A stretch of 64,000 nucleotides of DNA from Octopus vulgaris (lineage: Eukaryota), in assembly GCA_951406725.2 (NCBI GenBank), contig OX597814.1, positions 95,604,001-95,668,000 of the forward strand, read 5' to 3'. Position numbers and translations under genes: made by a program. This document shows positions 12,891 through 26,096 of the stretch, piece after piece; positions within the stretch are counted from its first letter, which is position 1; each line of letters begins with the position of its first letter. The notes under the pieces were generated by a model that ran no database searches, was not told the origin of the DNA, and saw only the letters and a list, made by a program, of their open reading frames with translations.

Positions 12891-13871
12891 ATACATCAAT
12901 TAAGACTGAAGAAACAAATGAAACAAGTCATTCTTTCTAAGTTAATATGTGACATTTATCACATCAAATTAATTTAAGTTTGTACTGGGTCTGAATATTT
13001 AACTATCTTTATAGAAGATAATCCTAGATTTTTCTCTTGTTTTATCTTCATTTCATAGGTGCAACGGCTTTTGGAGGACCATTTAATTTTACAGCAGGGT
13101 ACTATTCCTGCTACAAACTACTGATCTGTGAAATATAAATGGATCTTGCTTTTGAAAGTCCTGAGTTAAATACCTTGCTCAGAAACAAGTACATTTTGAA
13201 TAGTAGCTCTACATTTATAATTAGAAAGCATATAAAAATGTATGTCAAACAAGAAATATTTTGATAAAATTTTCATATTTTCCTTTCATTTTTTAACAAA
13301 CTAATTTCCTAGTATATAAAAAAACGCTTTGGGTTTTAACAAAATTAACAAAAGATCAATGTAATATAATCATAAAGTCAAATTCATTAAAAATCATTGC
13401 ATATTATTAATGTTCACTGCATATATTATTAATTAAAATATGCTAATTAATCATGAATATTTAAAATTTTATTTCATTAAAATGTCTCTTTAATTTATTC
13501 TTGCCAGGGATGACATTAATGATAAACAATTCCAAAAAAAAAAAAATCAACTTTTCATGTGGCTGTGTATCCCTCCCCACCATTTTCTTCATATGTCATT
13601 TTTCAGAAAGCTTTGCAAAGCAAATCATTTTTCCTATAAATGCTGCTCAATGATAAAATCTTATGTCATTAAGTATGTAACTGATTACAGAATTGATATC
13701 AAAGAAATGTTTCAAGTAGATGGGAATGGCAAGTTGAACAGGATGAAACTTATTAATTTAAGATTTTGTAAAAGAAACATTCAAATGGGTTTGAGCTATA
13801 GTCTAATACTAAAATTCAGATATGATTTACAACTGAGTAGAACTACATCTAATTCAAATACAATTAAGATG

Positions 13872-13900
<29 letters not shown>

Positions 13901-13902
<2 letters not shown>

Positions 13903-14330
13903 CATCATCATCATTTAACGTCCGCTTTCCATGCTAGCATGGGTTGGACGGTTCAACTGGGGTCTGGGGAGCCCGACGGCTGCACCAGGCCAGTCTGATC
14001 TGGCCGTGTTTCTACAGCTGGATGCCCTTCATAACGCCAACCACTCCGAGAGTGTAGTGGGTGATTTTATGTGCCACCGACACAGGTGCCAGACGAGGCT
14101 GGCAGACGGCCACGCTCGGATGGTGTTTTTTATGTGCCACCGACACAGGTGCCAGATGAGGCTGGCGAACGGCCACGATCGGATGGTGTTTGTTACGTGC
14201 CCACAGCACGGAGGCCAGTCGATGCAGTACTGGCTACGGCCACGTTCGGATGGTTTTCTTGTGTGCCACCGGCACTGGTACCACAAAGATACAAATTCCA
14301 TTGATGTTCATCTATTTTGATTTGTTTTGA
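13901..14330 (-). mobile_element. Young 5'-truncated RTE LINE 3' UTR (or RTE-tailed SINE) with ~65-bp tandem units
   Basis: (CAT)n-TTAACGTCCGCTTTCCATGCTAGCATGGGTTGGACGG terminus; CpGs intact; homologous to 27670-28160; abuts a (TA)n tract. Confidence 0.85.
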
Positions 14331-16526
14331 TAATTATACCCTGTGTCTTGTAGATACTGAAATAACATACCAATAACGAAATGAGTAAAATGTTATATAC
14401 TATTTTACAAAGAACAATCCATAGCTGTTAATAATGGGATTGTTTTACTTGAATTTCATGCTTTTATAGATCATATTTCTAACAAGATTTTAAAAATTAG
14501 GATTGGATAGATTTGATAAAATACCTCTTAGTTGTATATTAAGCTGGTACTTTGCAAACAAATTAACAAAAGGTTTTTCACCTAAAACTATTGTGGAATC
14601 TATAACAAGATTTTAGAGAAGATTTTTATGAATACACTATTACGAGTGCGTTTTCAATAAGTTGGAAACAGGACCAAGAACCATCTCATATAAATTTTAT
14701 CTTCAATGAGTTAATATTGTGTAACATTCAAAATAAATTAGTTTTTCTTTCTTTCTAAATATTAAATTTTATGTAAAAAAAGAAAAAGTTGTTTAATTGA
14801 TAATGCATAGGATATACTTTCCCTATGTTTAAAATTATGTTTCATACATATCAATAAGCCATAAAAATAACCATTTGGCTAAGGAAAAGTAAGTTAATTT
14901 CTTATAGAAACTATTATCAAATACTTCCTAAATGTTCAGCTCATGAAAAGGATGAAGTATTTTAATGGTTTTAAAATACTTTAAATTACACTATCACTAG
15001 CTGAAGATTGTTTTAATAGTAATAACACAATTTTCATTTTAGACAAAGTGCTCATTCTTTTAAATAAACAAGAAAACTTTATATGAAGTTATTTGATAAA
15101 AAAATACTAATGTGTAGAATGGTTAGGTGAAGGAGATATTTGGTTTGGATTGAAACATAGTCTACCTTCTAGTAAAACAAGACACCAGAACATCTCATGA
15201 AAAATATTAATTCTGGAAAAGAAGGGGTGGACTAGCCAAACCTCAGAATAAACTTTTAACCACACAGAAGTTGGGGGCTTTCTACAAGATGATATTAACT
15301 AAAGAATGAACAAACATGTAAGAGGTAAAAGAGAATTTTTTCCACCCAAAGATGAATAGACAACTAACAGATTGACAACAGTTAAGGTATCTGATCATAA
15401 AATGCTGTCTCAAAATTGAACCTGTTCATCCCATGCCAGTATAAAAAAGCAGATGTAAAATGATGAGGCAGTGATAATGATGAATACTGTTCCAGTTTTT
15501 ATTTACCATAATGGCTTATTAAGAAGGACTGTAAGCTGTTAAAAACATTGTTGCAAATGAAAAATGTATATGATTGGAAGAAATTCTGTATGAACAGTGG
15601 ACCAGATAGAAGATAGATCTTTGAATATAACCAAGTTAATTGGTTGGAATGCCCAAAAGAGATGCATCTTTTTAATATTGCAAAAGAATGGGCAATAAGG
15701 TAACTGCCAAGTCAATTAATTAGGTAAAATAGTAATAAAACACATGAAAAAATATCTAGATTTCCTTGCTAAGTTCCAGTTTTCTTCTGTAAAGTTATCT
15801 GGAGCAAGGTATCACACTACATTTTGAGAGCAAAGAATGTACAATATGTAATAATTGGAACAAGTTCTTTAGAACGCCATATTAGTAGTTAAAGGGACGG
15901 ATAAAAATGTAATTATGTTGATCTAAACATCGTCTTCACCAAGCTCCTCAAAACCAAGAAACCATATACACACACACATACATATCAACAAGTGAGCATA
16001 AATCACTCTGCGTAACATGATTTTTGTCTGCAGGTAGCAACTGTTATTTCCTATTTGCTTACCCCTAGTAAGTATGAAAAATGGCTAATATTTCCTTCAA
16101 ACTTTGCTTTTGTTACATTTATTCAAACAAGAAAGACTTCTCAACACATGGCAATGATACTCCCAAACTATCCTGCTCAGTGATGTACATATTATCAATC
16201 ACTAAGGGACATACTCAAGTGGCTATGGTCAAGCAACTGACAAGCAAATTTGTTGTATTGAGTAGAATATTTGATATAATGATATTTCTGCTTCAGCAAC
16301 TCAGTGCTGAACATGTCTGAAATGTAATGGAAAATAGGCCAATTTCAAAACACTGATGCCCAGGTCACAAAAGCAAAGGAATAGTAGTCATTTCTTTTGA
16401 TTTACAGACAGAAGCAAATAGGAAATAACACTTACTGACCAAAGACAAAAAAGAAAGTGTTATATAGTCATCTGATAAGGAACAAAAAACAACAAAAAAA
16501 AGTTTACAAAAACATACAATAATTAC

Positions 16527-16647
16527 CTTATGACTAGTTTCATAATTAGTCAAAATTTTGTGCATCAACCCCAGCCGCAGATGCACTTCATTTGCTCGAC
16601 TAAATGCTGGTTCGATGTATAAAACTTGCTGATAAGCCTTGATAGCC
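16527..16647 (-). CDS. KDM6A: KDM6A/UTX exon (TPR region, equivalent to vertebrate exon 6), 121 bp
   Basis: CAG|G acceptor and AAG|GTAATT donor. Encodes (W)[40 protein letters not shown], matching human [41 protein letters not shown]. Confidence 0.95.
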
Positions 16648-17135
16648 CTGTAAAGTAAACAAAAAAAAGTATATGTAAGAATTTGCTTCTTATAATTATC
16701 TTAGGTGAAAATAATATTTCTTGACGTTAAAATCTTTTCCAATTAGCAATTATGGCATACATGATTTCAAAGAATACTTTCAAATATTTTCTCAATAATT
16801 TTGTGTATTTTTACTTAAAAGAAAGGAAACTAGTTATCTGAATATCACATAGTATTTTAGTTTCCTTTCTTCATTCTGAATTTAAATTCCATCAATTTCA
16901 AGATAACTTTGCTTTTGTCCTATTAAGATAAGTACCAGACAACTACTAAGGTCATTAAAAATTGACTACATCTCTAATCCAAAATGTATGACCCTGGACC
17001 AATATTGGATATTTGTAATGCATTTAAACCATATTTTGAGTAAGAGATGAAGTGTTGTACTATAAACTAAAAGGTTACAATTTCAATATCTATCACTAGT
17101 AAGAAAATGTGTTCTGGCCTTATGTTAGCTTAGTG

Positions 17136-17356
17136 CTTTAGCACATTTAAACGGGCCATGTCAGGCCAAAATATTTTACCTGTTTTTATCATACCAGCTA
17201 GATCTGGCCTCTCATACCTAACTACAATACCATTCTAAAACATAAACAATCATATCAATAAAATTGCAAAGCTATGATGTAATGGATGATTAATTCAAAA
17301 CAATCTAAACAAATAAGCATCACATTTAACAGAATAATTTGAAAGCTAAAGAATTA
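17136..17356 (+). mobile_element. ~220-bp piggyBac-type MITE (family P)
   Basis: Collinear with 57581-57798; ends CTTTAGCA... and ...GCTAAAGAATTAA. Confidence 0.7.
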
Positions 17357-17551
17357 ACAGAATAATTCTAATATATTTGAAAATGTATAATCCAAGAGAA
17401 TCATAGAGCTTCAAGCCTGTATATAATATAATCTGCAATCTACAGACTATAAAACTCCCCTACGGATCAAAACAAATCTGAAAATATTTATTTTTAAGAA
17501 AACTAAGAAATAATCCATAAAAAAATGAAGGAATTGGGTAAGATATACTCC

Positions 17552-17554
<3 letters not shown>

Positions 17555-17605
<51 letters not shown>
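17555..17605. repeat. (TG)n microsatellite
   Basis: About 25 perfect TG units. Confidence 0.98.
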
Positions 17606-17608
<3 letters not shown>

Positions 17609-17679
17609 ATCAAAATTCTTTTCTTTTTTTGACTAGGTTCAAGATAATTTACAAAATTTTCCTCTAAATCAATATACAA

Positions 17680-18660
17680 CGGACAAAGTTTAAAGCAAGG
17701 GGAACTAGCACAGAAGACAAACCACACAGTGAGAAACCTTCAACCACAACTACTGGCACAAACCACCACCAAATATATAAATTGATTCAAATGGACAAAC
17801 AAATCACAATCCATGAAGTTGCTATACAACTTGATTGAAGGGACAATGCATAAGAAAAATGGTGGATGATTTGGGGTATTGGAAAGTGAACACAAAATAG
17901 GAACATTGGCAGTTGACATTCGATTTGAAAGAGAGATGGATGGAAGCTTGCTCTGACCTGTTTGAAGCACTTGAAGCCAAGAAGATATGTTTTTACCAAT
18001 CTAGTAACAAAGGATGACATGAAGCCATACCTTTACTATCTTGAAATGAAGGCTCAATCCATGGAATGGTGTTATACCTCTTTTCTAAGGCCCCAGAAAT
18101 TTAGGATCAGCACAGCATGTCATGGTGACTGCATTTTTGGGATGACAAAGATGTCGTTCTCCCAGATTTTCTGGAATGTGACTGTACTATGAACAGCAAG
18201 CAGTACACGGGAGAAACTCAAAAAGGTAAGGAAGGCAATAGGGATGCACATTTACAATGACATTGCATGACTATACATATCTTTGGTAACAAATCAAGCA
18301 ATCAGCAAATTGGGCTAGTTAGTGAACTCCCATCCAGGTTGAATAGCCAGGACAGGATCTGGTCTCATACAACTCCCACCTGTAAAGTCTAGTGAAGAAG
18401 TATTTAGGTACAAATGATCTAATAAAACAGGCAAGGTGAAAATGGCTGTGAAGAAGTTCATACAACAGTTCACACCTGAACTTTTTCAAAGAGGATTTGA
18501 GAGATGAATTCAACAATGGCACAGAATGCATGAAGATTATGTTGAGTGGTACTTTTGTACAGAAGAATTACTCTACCAACACATACAATCTGAATGAATT
18601 ATGCCAGTTTATAAAAAAAAAGTTATGCCAACTTGTATATAAAATTTGGGACAACCTTTA
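17680..18660 (+). mobile_element. Highly degraded mariner-type transposase
   Basis: NLVTKDD..YLYYLEMKAQSMEW resembles mariner IVTGDETWVHYYDPETKRQSMEW; a decayed HPPYSPDLAP-like segment lies at ~18330-18370. Confidence 0.6.
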
Positions 18661-19264
18661 TAGAAACTAACAAATTATAAAATTGGCTCAGATAAAAGAC
18701 TTTCTCAAATACTTATAACTTTTGAAAATAATATAGTAATAAAAGCTACTTAGGTTCATATTAATTATAATTATTTATTGCATCTACCCAATGCTTCTGA
18801 GAGGCCAATTTTACCATGTATTCTTTTGTTCTTAGCTTATTTTGGCATTTATGTAGCACCAATATTTTCTTTTTATGCTACCTATACATGTATCAACCCT
18901 TGTTAATCCTTGTCTACACACTTTTCATTTTAATAAATATATAAAAACATTTATCCCCTTTTGTTACTTCTTGTGAAGCAATTCCATGAAAACAGAACAA
19001 AACTGATCTTTTGCATGTAAATATGTGTTTTTGCCAAATTTAAACTAGCCTCCAAAATGCCTGTATTTTTCTTCTATTCAAAATATTTAAAAAAACGTGT
19101 TTAATCATTTTTATATTTTCTCTTATTCTTGTAAGATTTCAAATATTTTTGAAGATTGTATAACAACATTTTGCTTATCTCATTCCTTTCCCCTCCTATA
19201 CATGTCAAATTCAGCAAAATAAAAGAAAATTGATTCTTAAGGAATTATTACAAATTCACTATAA

Positions 19265-20030
19265 TTATCATCATTTTATGTTTGCTTTTCACGTTGGTAC
19301 AGATTAGTAGGTTGTCAAAATGCAAGTCAGTTTTTATTTGGAGTTACTGCTCTCCTAGCTATATCAAAGACCATGTCTCATTTTCGCTCCATTTTTTGGC
19401 ATGGTTTCTATGTCAGGATACCCTTCTCACACCAGTGTGTACTTGGTGTATTTTATTATGACACAAGCATCAGGTGTTACCATGTCACCTATAAGACTAA
19501 AGAGTCTTCACTACTATGTCAACTCCCATCTGCTCAAGAGGGTGAATAAGAGAATGATAATAGATGAAGAATCAAGACAAGGTGAAACAAGAGAGAATAT
19601 GATTGGAGAAACACAATAGTAGAGGAGGCAGGAATGGGAGATAGTTGCTGGTACAGGGATTAAATGGAAAGACAGAAGAGTGGTGTAATGGGGTAAGAAG
19701 ATGAGAGAACAGAGGTACGTTCATGGATTAAGAACAAAGGGAGGGAATGTGATGTAAAAGGCAAGAGTGATAGGAGAATGAATAATAAAAGAGAGTATGA
19801 TGAATAATAGTAAATATGGGCAATAGTAAGAGAGAAAGTGATGAACATCAAAAGGGTGGTAGTGGTAGGAGAAAATGAAAACACAGACCAACTGCAATTC
19901 CTCATTACACAGGTGGCATGGTACAGTGAATAGGATAGAAGCTGAGTGATGGATGAGAGGGTAATGAAGAGGAGGAGGCATGAGATGGAGAGTCTTAACA
20001 AGAACACAATGGGCAAGAGACCCAGATGTA
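19265..20030 (-). mobile_element. Old RTE-type 3' tail with purine-rich (on +) extension
   Basis: TCATCATTTTATGTTTGCTTTTC...TTTTGGCATGGTTTCTA...GGATACCCTTC, homologous to the other tails. Confidence 0.55.
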
Positions 20031-20049
20031 GATATATACATTTTGGTCA

Positions 20050-20600
20050 CCATCATTACCACCATTTTATCATTCAGTTTGCCATACTTGCACTAATGAG
20101 CAAGTTTTCAACACTGTGTGTTCATTACACATGGGCATCCCTTGTCACCACTTTAGTAAGTTTTAGCATCTTTAGGTTAGCCTTCATCATTCTGTCCTAT
20201 GTCCTCTAAGACCCCTCTCCATAGGTTATGCCTACTTCAAGCACTCAGCACGTTTTTACAGAATTGACAGCCTTCAAACATATCACATATCTATATCAAC
20301 AAACTACATCTGATTCTGCATATCCAGGTTTTCCCACATTTCATTTGTGTGCCAACATTCATGCACACTAACATTACAAATCCAGCATTACAAATTTCAT
20401 TTCTTTCTAGTCTCCATAAATTCTCTACATTCAAGGTTTATGTTTTCTTACCATGCCACATGACAATACAAATAGTTTTTCTCTCTCAAGGAAAGAAAGA
20501 GAAAGCAAGGCCCCTTGTAACTAGCAAAAATAATAGCTCACTGAACTTTTTCTATTCCATTCTCATACAGGCTACACTTTCAGAACACCAACCTCCACTG
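20050..20600 (-). mobile_element. Degraded RTE LINE C-terminal ORF remnant
   Basis: Reverse strand resembles the 27200-27640 segment (GRP.KTW..VV..D-like ending and a GATGGTG/GATGAT tail). Confidence 0.45.
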
Positions 20601-20753
20601 TAAATAAAGTCAGCTTTCCAGAGATTGGAAAGAATCTGTTTTTCATGTACTTATATACAACTAACTGCTCCAGCTCACCTACTACATATGAAGTCTATCT
20701 TCTCTTAATTGGCTTGTGATTCCTCTACATCTCTTATGCATCCATAGTTTATA

Positions 20754-21036
20754 CAGGTACAATACTGACTTTCTGGACACTAATGGTCTGCACTAATTTA
20801 TAAGCAAGAACTTCAAATTCCTGCAGTTGCCAGACTAGTTTATTGGGTTACGTTGTTTTATAGTTCCTTGCACAGTACAGTAGTAATAGATTTGCATCAT
20901 TTATACAGGTACCTGTATTTCATTTAATATATTTAAATAAATTTAATGTTTAATTTAGAGGTGACCACCCTTGTTCAGAAAAATCAGTAATCTGGAAAGG
21001 CTTTGGAATCAAAGGTTACAGAAAATGCGGTACCTG
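20754..21036. mobile_element. Tigger/pogo-type MITE
   Basis: TA|CAGGTAC ... GTACCTG|TA termini; internal palindrome ATACAGGTACCTGTAT at ~20903-20918. Confidence 0.6.
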
Positions 21037-22879
21037 TACTGGATACATTGTATGGAATTTTTATCTACTCTTTTTCTGTATAGTAAACAGCTGATTCCTC
21101 GATAGTAGCAAGGTCCTACTTAGAACTTTAGCCTTTGCTAAGTTAAAGGCCTCTTGATTGAGGGTTTACTTTCATGTCTGGAATTTCTTTCATATCTTCT
21201 GCAGATGCAGCTATAAGAATTAGACCAATGTACAGGGGTTTCTACAGTTTTAAACTCTTCTATTATAACCTGAAAGACTTATTAAAAACAGAAAGGAACA
21301 AGAACTGAGGCCTAACAGATACCTACTTGCACACTGCATTGCAAGACCCATACTAAAATGTATTAAAACACACACACACATACATACATATATATATATA
21401 TGAATGATTTTAATATTGATGCTCCATGAATCACACACACATTGGACATGGCTTTAACCATAGGTCTGCTCAATCATGGCAGACATAGGGATTAACAACA
21501 ACAAGGACATCCACAGTTTAATAAATTGTGGACCAATATATGCAAAGACTTCCAGATTTGAAGTGCCTGTCTATTTTCAATCCACATTATGCTAGTACAT
21601 TTTAAGATCAGAATTGAGGAAAAAATTTAATGTACAGTAGGTGTCAATGGTATGAGTAGTTAGTCAGTAGAAGATTACTTTTAAATCATGAGAAACAGGA
21701 GAGAGCCACAAAAAAAAATTCTGACTTTTAAAGTCTCAAAAAGCATGTTGATTTTATATGGAACAAACACTCACCACACTTCTTGGATCACAAGTAGATT
21801 TATCAAGGAGTTAAGGTGACTTTTAAAAGATATGAAAACATGATTTTGAAAGAGACAGTTTCATTCATAGCATTTTGTTTAGTTAAGCTAGACTGGTAAT
21901 AAGAATGGTGGGTTCCACCTACTGAACTATAACAAAATAAGTTAAAGGGTGTACTTGTAATAAATGTGTAATGAATATCTTCTGAAAAGCACTGAACTAT
22001 TCTCTATCAGAATGACATGATCATCCAGTTTACCCGAGAGTTCAATTAATTTTCAAAGAACCAGTGACTTGAATTCAATATATTTTTATGCACACTTAAT
22101 CAGAAGGAATTGATCCCTTGTTACCCAAATGAATATTCCATTCAAGATAGTTTCCTATTCAAAGGATAGAAATTGTTGACCAATCAGTTAATCTTAGACA
22201 AATTGAAATGAACTACACCACACATTGTGAACTTTTTCTCCTTTCAAAACTCAAAAATTCTACCTTATGTAGGTAGCATATACATTTAATTAGAGAGAGA
22301 GAGTACCCCACCCCCATCACCACCACAATTTAGACTTTGAACCTTCCAATTTACAATTCTTAAAGTTGAAAATTATTTTTTTCTTTTATATCTACAATAT
22401 CTGTGCCATTCATACTGGACTAACAAATAATCTAGTAAAATATATTCATCATCATCATCATTTTAACATCTATTTTTCTGTTTTCATGGGTCAAAAGTAA
22501 TTTATTTAGGTAGATTTTCTACAGCTCATTGCGCTCACTACTGCCAACTCTTTCCAGACAAGGTAATATTTCCCTTCATCTTTCAAACACCAACAGCACA
22601 ATTACCAGACATAATTTTGTTCACAATTACTACATGCCGAGACAAGGAGATAGAAACACATACACACACATCTATCTGGCTAAGTTTGATAGAACAAACA
22701 GGAGTAATGGAATTCACTACATGAGTATAAACACAGTTTTCTTTTTCAATCAGCAGAAAGTAACAAAACTGACTGAAAGAGCAAGTGTTTTGTGCATGGC
22801 ACTCAACATCTTGGCTCTTGAGTCACTATTGTAACTTTTCACCACACTCTCCCTCTCACTTGTGTGTGTGTGTGTGTAC

Positions 22880-22985
22880 ATAGGTTGCCAAGCAGTCACC
22901 CGTATGAGTATTAACTAGGCTCAACATTATTTAACTTTGGTGATCAGATGAGAATCAGTGCTTTCATTGTGACATAGCTGTAAAC
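22880..22985 (-). pseudogene. 5S rRNA-derived copy (pseudogene or SINE3-like head)
   Basis: Reverse complement GTTTACAGCTATGTCACAATGAAAGCACTGATTCTCATCTGATCACCAAAGTTAA...TAATACTCATACGGGTGACTGCTTGG aligns with metazoan 5S rRNA with CpG decay; 3' end missing. Confidence 0.85.
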
Positions 22986-24339
22986 ATTCATGTTATGTGT
23001 TTTCAACACATGTGAATAACACTAAATTTACCAAGAGATCAAGAGGTGTTTATGCTTAAAAACTCAACAAAATTGTAAAAAAATGAAGTGAAAGAAATAA
23101 AAGATGTGTTATCAGCCATTTTAACTTATATTTTTAAACTATTCTCCAGTATCATTTCTTCCAGCATATTTACTATAACCTTACTTCCTAAACTCTGCAC
23201 TGAAACTTTCTTCCATGAAACTTATACATACTTAAATGAATATAGTTTTCTACATATATACTAGTGTACTTTAGATATACATCTGTTTTGTGTGTCCCTC
23301 ATTACTACTTAGCAAAGGGTCAAGCTCCACTAGAATGTCTACGACTGAAATATGTCCAGTTGTCTGTTTTAATATGATAAAAAAATCATATTAATTTGTC
23401 TGGGTTGTTATAGCTTTTTGTTTAGTATTGAGAATAATATTAGTCAATCACTAATATTGATTTTTCCTCACTATATAAACATTTCCAGTTAGCTTTTTAT
23501 TCACCCTTTGTTAAATATGTGAACACAAACTTAACTATAATATACTAAAGATACTAATAATATACTAATAAGGAAATGGATATAAATGTATGCAGCTGTT
23601 AAGCTCAAACAATGAACACAGATTTTTTTTTTATCTACCCAATGACCTCTTTTTTATTGTTGCTCTCAGTAACCTTTAATAACTGATAATATAATTTTTT
23701 TTTATCAGCACTAACAAAGTAAAAAAAAATATTACAATAGTAAAGCAGTTTATTACAATATACTTTGGTCAGACTGATTTAAAAGATGCAAAAGAAAAAT
23801 TAATTTTGATACAATTAAAAATTCTTAGCAAAATAATATACAGAAAATGATGCTCATATATTTTATAAAGCACTTTTCTTTCAATATAAAGTGCTCATAA
23901 ACTTGAGAGTAAGTTCTGGCTAGTTTAATGTAATAAAAAACTGCTTCCACATTAAGTGCTTACTTTAAATTATATTACTCACGTCTTTTATTTTAAATAT
24001 TGAAAGTAATGTATATAGGTTTAATTTTTAAGTAATTTAGAAAAATTAGTTAAATTTTATTCCAGAAACCTATTTTAACTTTAAAACTAGTTCATTCAAA
24101 GTAATGAATATTTTGAATATTTTAAACATTTTTTATATGTGAGGTATAAAAATATTTTAATGTCTATCAACTAACATGTTAATAAATATGGGAGTGCTGA
24201 GCACCCAACAACTATCATTAGCTCACTCTGACAGAGGCTTCTACTGAGAAAAAGAAAACTTTGAGAATACTTGAGCAAAGACTGAATGTGTGCAAGAGTT
24301 GTGATGTTAAATTCAACCACATTTTTCACAGGCAAGAGA

Positions 24340-24580
24340 CATTCTACAAGTTTTTTGTTGAGAGGGAAATGTTTTAGGTATGGGAGTGTATGTATACACA
24401 GAAGTGAAGTTGATGACATAATTGAATTAGTAAGGATAAGTGATAGAATAATTAAAGTCGGTGTTTGAATGAGCAATACAACAGCATTTGTGATTTCTAT
24501 TTATGATCCACAAATATGATTAATGAGTAACTAAAAACAATATTATAGAAAATATTATAAATGTTACTTCAAAATAGAGA
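24340..24580 (+). mobile_element. Degraded RTE-type AP-endonuclease fragment
   Basis: IIELVRISDRIIKV...FVISIYDPQ resembles RTE V.R.SDRI...VISAYAPQ. Confidence 0.6.
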
Positions 24581-24879
24581 GAAATAGTATTGTACAGCAT
24601 GTTTGGGCTAAATCTGATGATTTTTTTTTATGCCTCTTTTTTTTCTAGAACAGCTTGATATATTGGTGAACAGTGAATGGTGTTGGACATGATAAGGATT
24701 AGAGTTGTAGTTGAGGAAAAGTTAGCTGATATGGAGGTCTGGATGTCATCTGAATATTGGAAAAAAGTTACCTGTATCATGATTTGTGCTGGGTATCAAA
24801 ATACCAACATCATGACTGCTATCTAAAGCTCTAAGGATGTAAGCAAGACATGGCACAGATACAGGTGTTCTGAGTGTTT

Positions 24880-25419
24880 CTGCATGCCTAAATACATACC
24901 CACATCATTGAACAGGGCCTTAGACTCAATTCTTACAGATTCATGAAGCTGCTAGAGACTGATCAACCCCAGGCAGGAAATGGTAGTTACTGGAAGGTTA
25001 CCTGTGTGGCAACAGGATTCAGCTCCTTGCTATATCTCTAGAAAGAGTCAGAAGTGGTTGTCTGGGAATTTCTTTGACTTCATCATCTTTAATTTCTGGT
25101 TCCCTAATTCCCCAATTGTAACTCCATGTATTGCTATTAAGAGGTTGAGAAAGAAAGTAACCACTCAGCCTGCAACATCAAGGCCAAGTTCAAGGTGTGT
25201 GAAGATCTCTCAAGGAACAGAATAAGGAACACATGCAGTAAGTTCCGGAGCTGCCTTGAAGACATGGTTGGAAACTGTGGGTGGCTACTTAGAGTAAACT
25301 TATTTCCCAGCTATAATCTACTTGATATCTTTAGACCTTTTAAAAATACTTTTTATTTTTGGTTGGGATATTGTTTTCTTTTCTTTTTACGCACTGTCAA
25401 ATTTAGCTCAAACACCCTG
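24880..25419 (+). mobile_element. Tc1/mariner (DD37D/maT-like) 3' fragment with right TIR
   Basis: VWQQDSAPCYISRKSQKWL..NFFDF...FWFPNSP motif; terminus CACCCTG|TA. Confidence 0.8.
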
Positions 25420-26096
25420 TAGCTGGTGATTAAAGTCATATTGAGAACCAGCAGGTTGATATAATGGTATGTATGGAGACCTTGACTCAAGAAATGGAAA
25501 GGAGAATTCAAGATTCCAGGAGCTCCATGAAGCAAATGGTATTACTATTTAATGTGCAACCTAAATTTCAGAAAGTTAATCAATCAACTGGTCATCTACC
25601 ACTTAGGTGGGCAAAATGACAAATTGTTTGTAATTATAAAAAAATACAATAATAGAAAGAGTGAAAGACATTATGAACATTGTCTGTCTGTAGCAAGAAA
25701 TTTCCCCTCCTTTTAACATAGATGAGTGATTGCTGGTATCATGCAGATTGAGCATAAGGAAAATAAGGAAACAAACCACTAAGATTAAACTTCCAATTAG
25801 CACTGCATGATATCTATTTTGAGAGAGAAAAGATAAAAAGACACAATACAAGTATAGGTGGATGCATCTAAAGGACAAGCTGCTGCAAGCAATTGGCCAA
25901 TTTTGTAAGTAAAGAAGACATCAACAAAGTTACAGGCAACATAGTTGTGGGTATAGTGCAGTAGATAGAACTCCAAGAGCTAAGCTATTGGAATACAAGG
26001 AGTGGAGAAACCAATGAAGCTAGAAACAAGCTTTAATCCTTTAGTATTCAAACCAGCCCAAATATTCTTCCTATTTTATGTTCAAACTACCCTACA

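Noticed and set aside
13557-14320. Cluster of overlapping 65-129 aa ORFs
   Set aside because: They arise from (TA)n and the GC-richer RTE UTR repeats; no protein family is recognisable.
14642-14860. Possible mariner MITE starting TACGAGTG
   Set aside because: No matching right TIR could be located.
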